64,000 nucleotides of DNA from Octopus vulgaris (taxonomy: Eukaryota): contig OX597818.1 in NCBI GenBank assembly GCA_951406725.2, forward strand, positions 42,842,001-42,906,000. Direction: 5' to 3'. The translations under genes were made by a program, and so were the position numbers. Below the pieces are notes generated by a model. It was not told the DNA's origin, did not search any database, and was given only the letters and a program-made list of their open reading frames with translations. Below are positions 1 through 14,000 of this stretch, piece after piece (the first letter of the stretch is position 1; each line of letters starts with the position of its first letter).

Positions 1-814
1 CAGATGTGTTTCACAAGGACACAACTTAGATCATAATCCCTTCTATGCACTATATATGTGTGTGTGTAAATATTTTGACCATGAATATGTCATTTAATAA
101 TCAATTGCCAACAAGTTGGTTACCCATCAATGGATATTCCTTACATATGGACAGCCTATTTTGGAAAATTTTTACTCATCTGAAATATTAAGGAAACAAA
201 AAGTAATTGGAAATGCCTGTGAAGACAGATTCAAATTTTCATTTATTTAATTAGCTATACAAGTAAATTCATAATCAAAAAGATAAATTGAAAAGCAAGG
301 AAATAGTATATCTCTTTTAGTATTACAACTGAGAACAGAGAGTTTTATATTCACTGAAAGATTGGTAATAATTACCAAGTTAAATATACTTTTAACTACC
401 TAATTTATTAGCAAAACAAAGTCAATTAGTCAAGTCATTGAAATGAGAATTAAAATCACTTAATTGAATTATATATAGAAAAAGTATGGATCTGTATATA
501 AATACAATTATGTGATAATTACCAATGTGTAGAGAGGTAGTAAGAAGATTAAATAATGATGAAATCAAGGAAATCTTTATGAAACTTAATATTTTTAAAG
601 AAAGTATCATTATGAATGTCCACTTTTTCATGCTTGCATGGGTCGGATAGAATTTGATGAGGTAGATTTTTCAACAACTGGATGCCCTGGTCATCTACTC
701 TCACATGTTTCCACGCACGCAAAATAATATTTTGGAAATGAACAACACCACTTGTATGACAGGGATATTCATTTGCAACCATCACAAGGACACACACGGA
801 CATATATACATAAT

Positions 815-960
815 CTACCTACTAAATCCACTCCCAAGGCTTTACTCAGCCTGGAGCTTAAGTAGAAGACACTTGCTCAAAGTGCTGTGCAGTGGGACTG
901 GACAAATGACAACATGTTTGGGAAACAAGTTTCTCAACCACATAGCCACATCTGCACCTA
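815..960 (-). mobile_element. tRNA-derived SINE family A, partial
   Basis: Reverse match to the 5095-5470 element (gtggctatgtggttgagaa...cagtcccactgc...gagtggattt). Confidence 0.75.
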
Positions 961-1370
961 TAATTGTTTATTAATTACATTTTTATAACTACTATTCAGC
1001 TGTTGAGTAGAACAATGAAAAATCCATAATTATATTGCTAGCACGCTTACCTATGTACTTGTGTGCCTTTGTGACTTAACCACTTCTCTGTGGACAGCAT
1101 GCTCCGTCACATTTACAAATTATTGATCTCAGCCTTTTGACTCAGATCACATATTAATATTTTACTATGAATAAAAACAGTTAAAAGTCATTAGACAAGA
1201 AGTTTATGGATGTTATGAATGCATTTTCTGTAATTAACCCACTTGCTTTTATATTTCTGCTAAAAGACACTGACTTTGTCTCGGTTAATTTTGAAAATGA
1301 TGAAGAATTTAATAAAATAATTTTGTCATTATTAAGCTGGTGTTTGGAACATAACATGAAATGTTTTTAT

Positions 1371-1598
1371 AATAATAATAATGAAATTATTGTATACAGT
1401 GCTCAGGTGCACCACAACTTGTCAAAAGTGCATATAAAGTATATGCAGTGATGTACAAATGTCTGGGAAGTGAACAGTGTATGAGTCAGATACATGCTTG
1501 CATGTGTATGGAGGGGGGAAAATCAGGTGTAGTGTTGGCGAATCTCAAGAAGCATGGAAGTTTTGAAGGATGCAGTGCTCTGACAACTAACAACTGAT
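1371..1598 (-). mobile_element. CR1-type LINE 3' end
   Basis: Reverse match to the 3' end of the CR1 at 10371-11040 (gcacctgagcactgt, actacacctgatt) with (AAT)n tail. Confidence 0.8.
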
Positions 1599-1627
1599 GG
1601 AAGGTTTAAATTTAGATCACTCTAAAA

Positions 1628-1774
1628 CAGGCATGGGCAATCTTTTTTTTTTCAGAAGGTAGCCACATGGGATTTGGCTTATCATCAGATGGGCCATGCT
1701 ACTAAAAATAATCAAGGTGATTCTTCATTGGCATACCATTCAGAAAGTCCCACCTGCCAATTTGCCCATGACTG
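1628..1774. mobile_element. hAT-type MITE
   Basis: TIRs CAGGCATGGGCAA / TTGCCCATGACTG; 8-bp TSD ctctaaaa / ctttaaaa. Confidence 0.8.
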
Positions 1775-2059
1775 CTTTAAAACATAGTGTTTGTATCATA
1801 GTATCAAGGGTGTCTCGGGTAGTTTGGTATCAAAAAGATTAATACAATTCTCACTTTTGACAACTCAAGCACATTAATACATATGTGTGTATGTGTATTT
1901 ATATATTTAAATTCATATAAAAATGTTAGCAGATAGGAATATAGAGGTATTGCAAAATAGAATGTTCATAATGTAAATTGACATTTTGGAAAATATTTTT
2001 TGCTTGAAATTCTGTGCATGTAACTTCAAACTTTTACTTATGAGAATATTAATCTTCAG

Positions 2060-2126
2060 TTTTACAGATAATTAAAGAAGCCCAACAGCAACATGGCCTT
2101 AGACATGGAGATTATCAACGTTATAG
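2060..2126 (+). CDS. SRP68: SRP68 exon (LQIIKEAQQQHGLRHGDYQRY)
   Basis: ttcag| acceptor, |gtaaaa donor, 67 nt. Confidence 0.95.
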
Positions 2127-5100
2127 GTAAAATTAATTTTCATTATTTTGCTAGATAGGCTCAAAATATATTTACAGAAGTCACTTTCTACTTTCAGTGT
2201 ATAAATTATATAATTTTACACCAAATCCTCAGTTTTAAAAATACCAGTTCCTTATATTCAAAACATTGATCTAATTTAGATTTAATTTTATATATGGCTG
2301 CAGTGCAATAACTAAAACTAAGTAAAAGAATAAAAAAATATATAATTGTATAAGCACAGGCATGACTGTAAAGAAGCTTGCTTTACAACCATGTGATTTC
2401 TGGTTCAGTTCCACTGTGCAGCACCTTGGACACTTTCTATTATAGCCCCAGTCTAGCCAATGCCTTGTGAGTGAATTTGGTAGATGGATGCTGAGTGGAA
2501 ACTCATTGTGAATGTATACATACATACACACGTATGTATATAGGTTTGTTCATACACACACCCCTCTGCTACCGGTGTTGGGTTTTTTTAGGTCTCTGTA
2601 ACTTAGTACTTTTCCAAAAGAGACTGATAGAATAAGTATCATCATCATCATCGTTTAGCGTCCGCTTTCCATGCTAGCATGGGTTGGATGGTTCAACTGG
2701 GGTCTGGGAAGCCAGAAGGCTGCACCAGGCCCAGTCTGATCTGGCAATGTTTCTACAGCTTGATGCCCTTCTTAACGCCAACCACTCCGTGAGTGTAGTG
2801 GGTGCTTTTTACGTGCCACCGGCACGGAGGCCAGTCGGGGTGGTGCTGGCAACAGCCATGTTCGGATGGTTCTCTTACGTACCACCGGCACTGGTATCAC
2901 AGCTACAATTTCCATTGATGTTGATCGATTTCGATAAATAAGTACTGGGGTTGATTTGTTCAATGAAACCTTTGAAGGTGGTTCCCCAGTTTGGCTCCAC
3001 AGTTCAATGACTGAAGCAAGTAAAAGATTTTTAAAAAGTCATGCTAGTCATATATATAACCAAGATGAGTTCTTATGAAAATGGTTATTTTAATTTCATC
3101 AAATTGATGAATATTAAATGGTATAGATTGAAAAGAAATATTTTAAAACTAAATCATAATTTACAAAGCTTAGATTCACATCTAAAAAATTCCAAAGGCA
3201 CAGATTCAACATTAAAGCATTGGCTGAAATCATTGTTAAATGTTTGATTTAAATTTATGTATGTTTTTAATGCAAGTTGGCAGAAGCAATAGCGCTAAAC
3301 AATTTACTTTTCGGTATTTAGTCCCATTCATCAAAATTATTATTTCCAGTGATACATTGCAGTTAACTACAGTCCACTCTCTTACAAAAATCTAGCTTTT
3401 ATCTAAATCAGAAATCAATATTTCTTTTAAGAATAATAGAGATGGTCTGGACTGTAGAACATCATCATCATCATTTAACGTCCGCTTTCCATGCTAGCAT
3501 GGGTTGGACGGTTCAACTGGGATCTGGGGAGCCCGAAGGCTGCACCAGGCCAGTCAGATCTGGCAGTGTTTCTACAGCTGGATGCCCTTCCTAACGCCAA
3601 CCACTCCGAGAGTGTAGTGGGTGATTTTATGTGCCACCGACACAGGTGCCAGACGAGGCTGGCGAACGGCCACGCTCGGATGGTGTTTTTTATGTGCCAC
3701 CGACACAGGTGTCAGACGAGGCTGGCAGACGGCCACGCTCGGATGGTGTTTTTATGTGCCACCGACACAGGTGCCAGATGAGGCTGGCGAACGGCCACGA
3801 TATGTTATTAAATATATTACAACTTTTCATCCTCGATTCTCAGTTCAAATAATGTTGTGTTTGACCTTTATTCTTTGTTATAACATTCCTTTTACAAAAC
3901 ATATTTTTGTGCTTCAGAAAGAAATCTCTTTATCTAATGGTACATGTCATTGATGTTTCAATTATCTTCTACTTTACAGGAGCTATTGTAGCCGCCGACT
4001 CCGTCGCATACGAAAGTCTCTCCATTTTCCCCAGGGAAGCAAGCATAAAGTTGTTTCTAAAAAAATCACCAATGATATGTTGGTTGATATCCGGTAAATA
4101 TTATCATCATTATGTTATTTGTCCATCACTTCCTTTTGTACTTGATGCTTAGTTTACTATGTTGGCAATAAATATTCAGTTTATTCTCAAATGTTGATAT
4201 TTTAAGTGCTGCATTAGTAATTCAACACATTAATCTCACAACTGCTGAGTACCATAAAATATACATACAATAGATTTCAGTCTTACAGACAGAAACATAA
4301 TTAATTATAGTTAAATTTTGAAACATCATCGTTCATCGTTTAACGTCCGCTTTCCATGCTAGCATGGGCTGGACGATTTGACTGAGGACTGGCGAACCAG
4401 ATGGCTGCACCAGACTCCAATCTGATCTGGCAGTGTTTCTACAGCTGGCGTGCCACCGGCACGAGGGCCAGTCAAACGGTACTAGCAGCGGCCACACTCA
4501 AATGGTGCTTTTTATGTGCCACCTGCACAGGAGCCAGTCCAGCGTCACTGGCAACGACCTCGCTATTGTTAAATAATTATCTGAAAGATAAAATTCAAGA
4601 TGGTCATTGTATTTCTGTTTCATTTGATTCAATAATGATAAAGAAAACAAATAGTTTAGTAATAAACAGGTAATAGTAAGGCAGAAACGTCAGCACGCTG
4701 GGCAAAATGCTTAGTGGTATTTCGTCAGTCTTTATATTCTGAGTTCAAATTCCGTCAAGTTCGACTTTGCCTTTCATCCTTTTGGGGTCGATAAATTAAG
4801 TACAAGTTGCGTACTGAGGTTGATCTAATCAACTGGCCTTCTCCCAAAAAATTTCAAGCCTTGTGCACAGAGTACAAAAGAATAAATAGATAATAATAAT
4901 AAAGCAAAAATGGCCTGCAGAAGCCCTGGGCACTACCTGTTCATCCAATCCCAGCAAGTTAAAAAAACTATATGGAGTTATATTTTATTTATATTTGTTC
5001 TTCAAATTTGTGAGTTTTGTAAGTACTTAGAAAGTTGATGCTGATGATGTGCAGCATACAGGCGGAGACGAATATAGTAAAAATGTTTATCTATAGGCAC

Positions 5101-8100
5101 AGGAGTGGCTGTGTGGTAAGTAGCTTGCTTACCAACCACATGGTTCCGGGTTCAGTCCCACTGCGTGGCCTCTTGGGCAAGTGTCTTCTACTATAGCCTC
5201 GGGCCGACCAAAGCATTGTGAGTGGATTTGGTAGACTGAAACTGAAAGAAGCCCATCGTATATATATATATGTGTGTGTGTCCCCACCATTGCTTGACAA
5301 CCGATGCTGGTGTGTTTACGTCCCCATAACTTAGCGGTTCGGCAAAAGAGAGCAATAGAATAAGTACTGGGCTTACAAAGAATAAGTCCCGGGGTCGATT
5401 TGTTCGACTAAAGGTGGTGCTCCAGCATGGCCGCAGTCAAATGACTGAAACAAGTAGAAGAGTAAAGAGTATTGTTATGTAAATGATACTAATATATATC
5501 TAGCTTTTTGGCATTTATATTTATCCGTTTTATTTCCAGATATCTACATCTTCCTCTTTTCGCTGCTGAAAGAGCATGGGGTTATTTCATGCAGCTGAAA
5601 GCTGAAGCTAACACAGAACATAGGAAACAGTTTCATATGTTGTCTCGTTTGAAAAAAGCTGTAAACCATGCCGATGATTTAGCGAAACTTTGTGGTAGTA
5701 CTAAATGTGATGCCCGAACTAAACTTGAAGCCCAGGTGTGTAAATTTATATCTCTTTATTCTTAGTTTGCTTATATTTGTTTGCTAAATATAAAGTTATG
5801 CCTAAAGATTCATAGTGCTATCTGAATTCAGGGAGAGGTCAGCTTTCCCCCTTGTTTTCTAAAGCACTAGCAAGTTTGCCTACTATGCTGCACTGAGGAA
5901 ACATTTAAAGAATTGCGCCTGACTGGCCCTTGTGCTGGTGGCACGTAAAAGCACCCACTACACTCTCGGAGTGGTTGGCGTTAGGAAGGGCATCCAGCTG
6001 TAGAAACTCTGCCAGATCAGATTGGAGTTTGATGCAGCCATCTGGTTTGCCAGACCTCAGTCAAATCGTCCAACCCATGCTAGCATGGAAAACGAACGTT
6101 AAATGATGATGATGAGGAGGAAGATTTGCTTCTGACTGATTTGAAAATAGCAAATGAGGTGACACCTAGAAAAATTTGCAGCACAGATCTATGCATGTAG
6201 TTTGTTAAATGTGACTCTTGGAATATCAGCAGACTGAAATGTCACTTTTCACTGAGTCAGTTAACATCATAGTGTTGCAGCATTGGTTATTATAATTACT
6301 ATATTTTGTGTATCTCAAATGGTCCAATGCATAGAAAGAAATGATAAATAAATAACATATGATTGATGATGTAATACAAGTAATGTAACCCAGAACTGAT
6401 GATATGAGAAATAATCCATCATATATTTGCTATAATTTTTGTTAACCAGAGTGGTGAAGTAGAAGTGTGTTGGACCCATAACCCAGAAGTCTGTAGATCA
6501 AAACTACACTTTGCAAAGAAATGGATACTGTTTTTGATATTTATCCATCACAACTGAATTATCTACAAACATACCAACTGTGTATATATACCTATGGGTT
6601 AGGTATAAATTGTAAAATGAATGCAATAGAAATTTATGTGAGGTCAAGGGGTCACCAAAGCCCTGGAGTTTAGTGGGCAGAGATGACAACAACAGCAGGA
6701 TTTTTCATTTAGTATATAATATTATTATTCTACTAATAATTAACTTATTTGGGGACTAGGAAAGTAATTTATACTATATTTGATACTTTCTAGAAAGGAA
6801 TTACGAATTCATTGTTTTCATGATATGAATTATTGTCTTTAACTTCATGTCACATTTTTGATATTTGTTGTAAAGTGGTCTTTTGCCACTGTTATATGTC
6901 TTTTGATGACGGTTGTCCTTCTGATAGATATTGTTATATTCCAAAACCATCAACAGAATGTTTCTGTCGGGCACTGTATGACCCCCAGTTGTACGGTATT
7001 ATTATCCTCAAAAAGCTGGATTGTTATAACATCCACTCAGTAACATAATATAATCACTATATCAGCACAGACACGACTATCAACACAGTGTACATGTACT
7101 CTCGACCTTTTTCTGTCAACTAGCTACTGGTCTATTTATAATGGCTGGCTACTACCACTTTTTACCAGGAGGGATGTACAGTTTCACTATACAACAATAT
7201 TAAAATTATAATATATATCTTAGTTAAGTTGAAAAAGAGAAAAATATTTATCATCTTATGGTTTTATTTGTTTTTGTTTTGTTTTTTATTTTGATATTAA
7301 TGTGCTTTTTTTTTAGGGTTACCAAGCATGGATGAAAGGAACTTTAGAATTTGAGTTGGAAAGATGGGCAACTGCTATTGAATTTTATACTAATTCAGAG
7401 ACTATCTACTCGAAGTTGGCCAGTGCCTTCACAGATGAAACAAAAGATCTGTATCTTCAGCGGGTGTCTGAAGTAGCACCTAATATCCGTTATTGTAGCT
7501 TCCGAATTGGTGATGAATCCGCCATCAAGGACCTCATGCGGATGAGACTTGAATCTGGGCAGGATGCACAACTCGCACATCTTGATGTTAGTATTTTGAA
7601 CTATTTATCTTAATGAGGCTATAAGTCGTTTGTTTCAGAATGAATTTTAAATATTACTTTTATTTTTTTTCATACTCTTACTGACTTCAACCATACACAA
7701 CTTGTCTAAATATTTCTTATTGAACAATTTTGTTTTCTTTGATTAAATAATAATTATTAATTGAACAATTAATTAATAAAGCAATAATAAATCTCTAAAC
7801 AAGATGTAAGCAGTAACCGCTCGACAACGTAAAGTATACTAGCCATCTCAATATGGCTAACCACTAAGGGTGGGTGTTACTGAAGCTTTTAGCCCCAGGA
7901 GATCATCGTCTCCAGCTGGCTTTAGACACTTTCTGTGCTCTTATGATATTCGCCCTTAGTGGTTAACCAAATTAATTAATAATTTATTGTAAAAACAATC
8001 AATTCATACTGACATTGAATCACATTTTGATGATATTTGTATTAATTATTTTGTATTTCTTTAGTTTTGTTCTAAGCATTTCTTCCCAATACTGTTAAGT

Positions 8101-10995
8101 GATAAAGAAATCATTGAAAAATAATTTTTAAATATTTGATAATTGACTTTTTACTTTTTTTTTTTATTTCAGCAACTTCTCTCTCAAACTCGTGAAAAGC
8201 AAGCTGCAACTCTCTCTAACGTTACTTGGCGTAATCGCACTGTTCCTGTGAAGAATGAGCAAGTTCGAGTTTTCTTGCTAAACCTTCAAGAGAGTTCTAA
8301 ACAAGTAGAAACAGCTGAAGGCTTTGATAGGAAAGTGTCTATTATTGAAAGTTTACTGAAACAATGTATAGATGCTTTACAAGTTCTCAGAGATGCATTA
8401 CAGGATGATCAGGTAATTGAATACTTACTTGAAAACTTTTTGTCATTTAACATTAAATTTCAAAGAACAGCTTAGAATATATTGATTTATCTCTTAGTAA
8501 ACATTTCTCATAAAAGGAAACAATCTACAAATTTATTTTAGTTGTTTCAGTTTAATATTTGTTTAGTAAAAGTCTGTTCATTTAAACATATTTATTTTTT
8601 TATGGGTTAGTCAAAGAAGGAACAGCAGTGCTCTCCCAGACTGATTAGATGTTCATATCAATCTTTATCAAGCAGACCTAGGAGTATTCCAACCATGATC
8701 ATCCTCACATTTTTCATGCATGGTGTACCTTAGCCTATATTGTCCAGTAAGCTGGCAGAAAGGTTAGCACGCCGGGCGAAATGCTTAGCGGTATTTCGTC
8801 TGCCGTTACGTTGTGAGTTCAAATTCCACCGAGGTCGACTTTGCCTTTCATCCTTTTGGGGTCGATAAATAAAGTACCAGTTATGTACTGGGGTCGATGT
8901 AATCGACTTAATCTCTTTGTTTGTCCCCTCTATGTTTAGCCCCTTCTGGGCAATAAAGAAATATATATTGTCCAGTGAGTTCTTTTGTAAGGCAGTAAAG
9001 TGCAATTTGAAATCTCATCAGCATGAGACTTGTGTGATGGATGCAGTTGATGGTCTTCAGTTTGAATTTCTTTTGGAAAAATATACGGGTGAAAGGATTG
9101 AAAAAACTATTTGGTTCAATTGAAGTATACAAAGCAGGGAGAGAAAATGGTATGTCTGAGATTTGCTTAGTTGCATGTTATTTAGTAGATCTTTACCAAT
9201 CTTTTGGATGCAGTCTAGTGTCTTTTGATATACATAGCAGCCTGACTCTCAAATTTATGGGTCTGACTTGAAATTAAATAAAGCTGACTAGTATTTTCTA
9301 GCTATGATAAGGAAGCCTACTCTTTAAGATGTGGTTTTAGAAACACATATGTTATATTAATATTGTTAGGCCTAACATTTATAGCATTTGTAAAAGCCTT
9401 GTGTTATATTCATAACTAGAGAGGATGAGTGAGTCACCAGAATCTTTCCTAGTTATTGCATTTTGTAGTATTGCTGAAAACTAGAATCTTATGAATTCAT
9501 TGAAGGATGTTTTCGAAGTCCCTGTTAAAATACCTGTGGATTGTGGAGGTATGTGTTTCAACACATTAGTTTTTAAGGACAATCAACATAACAACAATCC
9601 AGATAAGCTCCCCATGAGGAACCAGGATATTCAGAGAAAAATAAGATGTATTACTTGGATTTAAGTAGATATGGCATAGTGATGAGAAAGGGGTCCGGGA
9701 TTTTTGGAAAGAGGTTGCAGAATGACAGAATATTCATTCTCAGGTGGTAGTGCTGTTGTTTAACCCTAGGTCAACCCCTATTGAGCAAACATATGATCAA
9801 CATTCCACTTGTAATCATCCAATCATTTCAAACAGTTCCTTTAAGACTATAAAATAGTAATTTTAAAAATTATTCAATGCATACCAACATAGAAAATGAA
9901 TGAAATAAGAAGAAAAGAGTAGGCTGCTGTTTCTAGTGGTTTGGGTGACCACATAAAAACACTTAGTGCCTCCATGGAAGATATGACAGAACCATGCAAG
10001 CATTAAGTTTTCTTTTGAAGCATATTCATTTCAAGATATAAACCTTATTGTATTGATACTTATTTCTACCTTCTCGCAACAAAATATCAGTATGTTAGGG
10101 ATCAGGTTGAGTGTTTTGATAAAGATACAATGTGTATTGTGATATTCATGCTTTTCCTAAACATCCATTTACAAGCTAAATTTGCCAGGAATTTGTGTTT
10201 GTTTTCTTAAGACCTCATCAAAGATGTCTGATTTTTACAAATGTAATAAATTTTTGTTTAGACATCAAGCTTACCTTGAAATCAAGAGGACAGATCCTGA
10301 TGTCTACAACTCTTTCCTGCAATCAGACCTAGACACAATTTTTTTTCCTTCTTGCTTCACTAACCTTATACTGTCAGCAGTGATTTGCGTTGGACAAAGC
10401 ATATCTCTGAAATTGTCAAGAAGGCCGAGGGTGTCTTGGCATCACTCAGCAAGACTTTTGTTAGCCGCTCTCCAGCCATCTATTTAAAACTGTATACAGC
10501 TATGGTACGACCACACTTGGAATTCGCATCATCAGTTTGGAATCCCTATCTTGCTCAGAACATTGACCTCCTGGAATCTGTCCAGAGATGTGCAACCAAA
10601 CGCATACCCTCCATCAGACACCTACCATATTCTGAGCGCCTTGTTTCCCTGGGCATGGATTCACTGAAGCTCTGGCATCTGGTGACGGACTTGGTAAACA
10701 CCCACAAGGTTATCAACCACCTCACCAACAACAACACTGAACACCTTTTTGATCTCCATGTGTCTAACACATGTGGACATGCCTACAAAGTCAGAAAACA
10801 GCACAGCTCCCATGACTTTCGGAAACATTTTTTCACGCTCAGGGTTGCTGAAGCGTGGAATAAACTGCCTGCATCAGTTGTTGACTGCCATGACACTGCA
10901 TCCTTTAAGGCCCTCATGCTTCCCGAAATCCGTCGAAACTACACCTGATTATATATACACTTTAGATGAGTTGTAATGCACCTGAGCACTGTACA

Positions 10996-11043
<48 letters not shown>

Positions 11044-14000
11044 TGCTTTTCCTAAACATCCATTTACAAGCTAAATTTGCCAGCAATTTGTGTTTGTTTT
11101 CTTAAGAGCTCATCAAAGATGTGTGATTTTTACAAATGTAATAAATTTTTGTTTAGTTTTTTTTCCTTCTTGCTTCACTAACCTTATATTTTTCTGTATA
11201 GAACTTCAAGGCAGCATTGCGTGGTCAAACCATTGAAGTGAGGATTTCTAATCAGCATTATTTGCACTCCTACCTCACTTATATCAGGCTTACTAAAACA
11301 ATTGAACGAAATCTTCTCCTTATTGAAAACTTCAAACAATATCTTCCTAACAAAACCATACCAGATGGGAAAAAAGTTACCAAACCTCAAGATTTGGTGC
11401 GGCTTTATGATATCATTATTCAGGTTGGTTCCACAAAATTATTACATTTTTATGTTAAAATTGTTTATCTGTTTTATTAACATTTGTTAAAAAAATTACA
11501 TAGATTTGCATCTTGTATCATTTGTCAGGTTGTTACATTTTTATAAGCCCTGGTATCACTAACCTGATAAAAGTTATGTTTCTAATTTGAACATGTACTT
11601 CTGTCTGTCATCAATGGTCAAAACATTCTGGTCAATTTCCTTTTAATATTTCCTCAAAGGTTATCTACTAGTCAAGTTCATGACAGCAAAATTCACCCTG
11701 TCAATTGGATTGGGTGCATACCATGTTTACCATATTCTTCTTGTCTTTTTCATGCAATTAACACTTAATATACATCTGTCTTTGTTTTTTATGGGGCTTG
11801 GGTCCAAAATGAACACAGTAAATGAATCATCTCTGTGCACTTTGTAAATGAAACAAATGGTAGATTCATTGGTGTCAAAATCAAGGAAGCTTCCACTATT
11901 ACACATATTCTTGACCATCTCTACTTTTTCCTATAGAGAATGCACTCATCTGCATTGTTTGTTAGAATCAGGTGCCTTCATATTTTTCCTGTTCACTGGT
12001 CCCACATTGATGAGTTCAAATACATAAATCTGCCTTGTTAAAAGCACCCAACTCACATTGTAAAGTGGTTGGCATTAGGAAAGGCAACCAGCCATAGACT
12101 GGAACCTGGTGTCCTTCTCTAGCTTGCCAGCTCCAGTCAAACCATCCGACCCATGCCAGCATGGAAAACAGATGTTAAGGGAGGAGGATGATGCTGATGC
12201 AACCTCATAGTCTAGTCATGTAAATACAAGCAATAGTCAGTGCATTTTGGCTAGGTTGCTGGAGTACAACTGCAGTCAAAAACCTAGTACCTTAACCATT
12301 TCAACAGGGAATGTATATAACACTGACTTCTTACACAAGCATAGCATGTCAAAATTTAGAGGAAGGATGAATAAATCACTGATAAATGAGGCTATACACA
12401 CTAATTTCCTCCTGTACACCTTCATTCAAATAAGAATAATTTTTCTTTACAAATATTTTCTTTTTGATTTAGTTTTGACACTATTAACATTTCTTAACTA
12501 TCCAGTATAATTATAATCAAACCATACTATGGCCAGCATTTTTGCTAGTTTTCAGTAATACACTAGAACTAATTAAGAGTATTGAGAGCTTCTGTTTATT
12601 AATTATGCATCAACAGTTATAGCAAAATTCAGTTTTTAATTTAACTTTTAATGAAATTTTTTATATTTCCTCTTAGAATTTAAATGAGATCTTTAACCTA
12701 GCTGGAATTGAAGATGATATGAAATTATCTAATGAAGTTAAAACATTAATTCAAAGTTTCAAATCTTTTAGGTAAGTAATTTCTGTTTTGTGCTAAATGT
12801 TCCAATGTTTTTTTTTTAAATAGATTATTCATGTACAATTAGAATTCCAATTTGTCTTTAGTAAGCTAGTATTGTTTGAAAAATTATGCAATTTATTATA
12901 TCACTTATAAGGTTTTGAAAGACCTTACAAGAATAAAATTGAAATTATTTGTTATTTATGCCTTAGAGCAGAAGATAAGTTGCTAGTGAGCCAAGTCCAT
13001 CGATTACTTTTGAATCTCGACACAAACTTTTTCACTTCATTTACGTTGTTAATGCTCTTTGGAATGTCACATATTCCATTTCCAGTCTTAAAAAATTAAA
13101 GCTTTTGTGTCTCTGTGTGAAACAAGCAAAAGGAAACACTTCTACAACCTTCTTAAAATTTGAGTCAAAACTACATTAAGGCCACCATAATCTGCATTTA
13201 TAGACGTAGGCATGACTGTGTGCTCCACAAATATGTGTTTCCAGATTCAGTCCCACTGTGCAGCAGATTGGACAAGTGTCTTCTATAACTTTGGATTAGC
13301 CAATGTCTGTAGGTGAGATTTGGTAGGAAGAAACTTTATAAAAGCTTGTCATATGCAGATCTTGTATGTACCTATTCTAAAATTGTTTGAGAATAGGTAC
13401 ACTGTGTGAAATAGGAAATAGGAAGCAACTGACAGGGTTGGTAGTTGGAAAGACTTTTGGCTATAAAATAATACTGCCTCAGAAAAACCATCCAACCCAT
13501 GCCTGTATGGAAAATGGATGTAAAACATTTATGATGATGATGTTTGTATTTCTATCTTTTTCCAATTTTGCGTGTATTTTAACTTTTTTATTCTGTTCAT
13601 ATCATAAAATAGAGCAGGTTAGATGACATTTCAAATGATTGGTCTAAGAAAAATGTTTGTGGAAATGTTTTAAATCAGAATCAAAAACCTAGTACCTTAA
13701 CCATTTCAACAGGGAATGTATATAACACTGACTTCTTACACAAGCATAGCATGTCAAAATTTAGAGGAAGGAAAATGAAAAAAAAATCATTGAATTATGT
13801 CTTTCACAAGTACATTAGGGACCTAAGAATTTACTGCCTCACACACTCTTCTCTACACTTACTGATGGTTATTTTTTTTTTTTATCAGAAAGCAATTTCA
13901 TTTTCATATTAATTTTTCTCTCACAAAAATACCAAAAATCAAGTTTTAGAGTCCTTTTTCATATCTAATGCATTTATTTCAGGACTTTCTACATTGCTCT

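Noticed and set aside
6363-6420. C/D box snoRNA (TGATGA...CTGA)
   Set aside because: No terminal stem, no final D box at a suitable distance, no recognisable rRNA antisense element.
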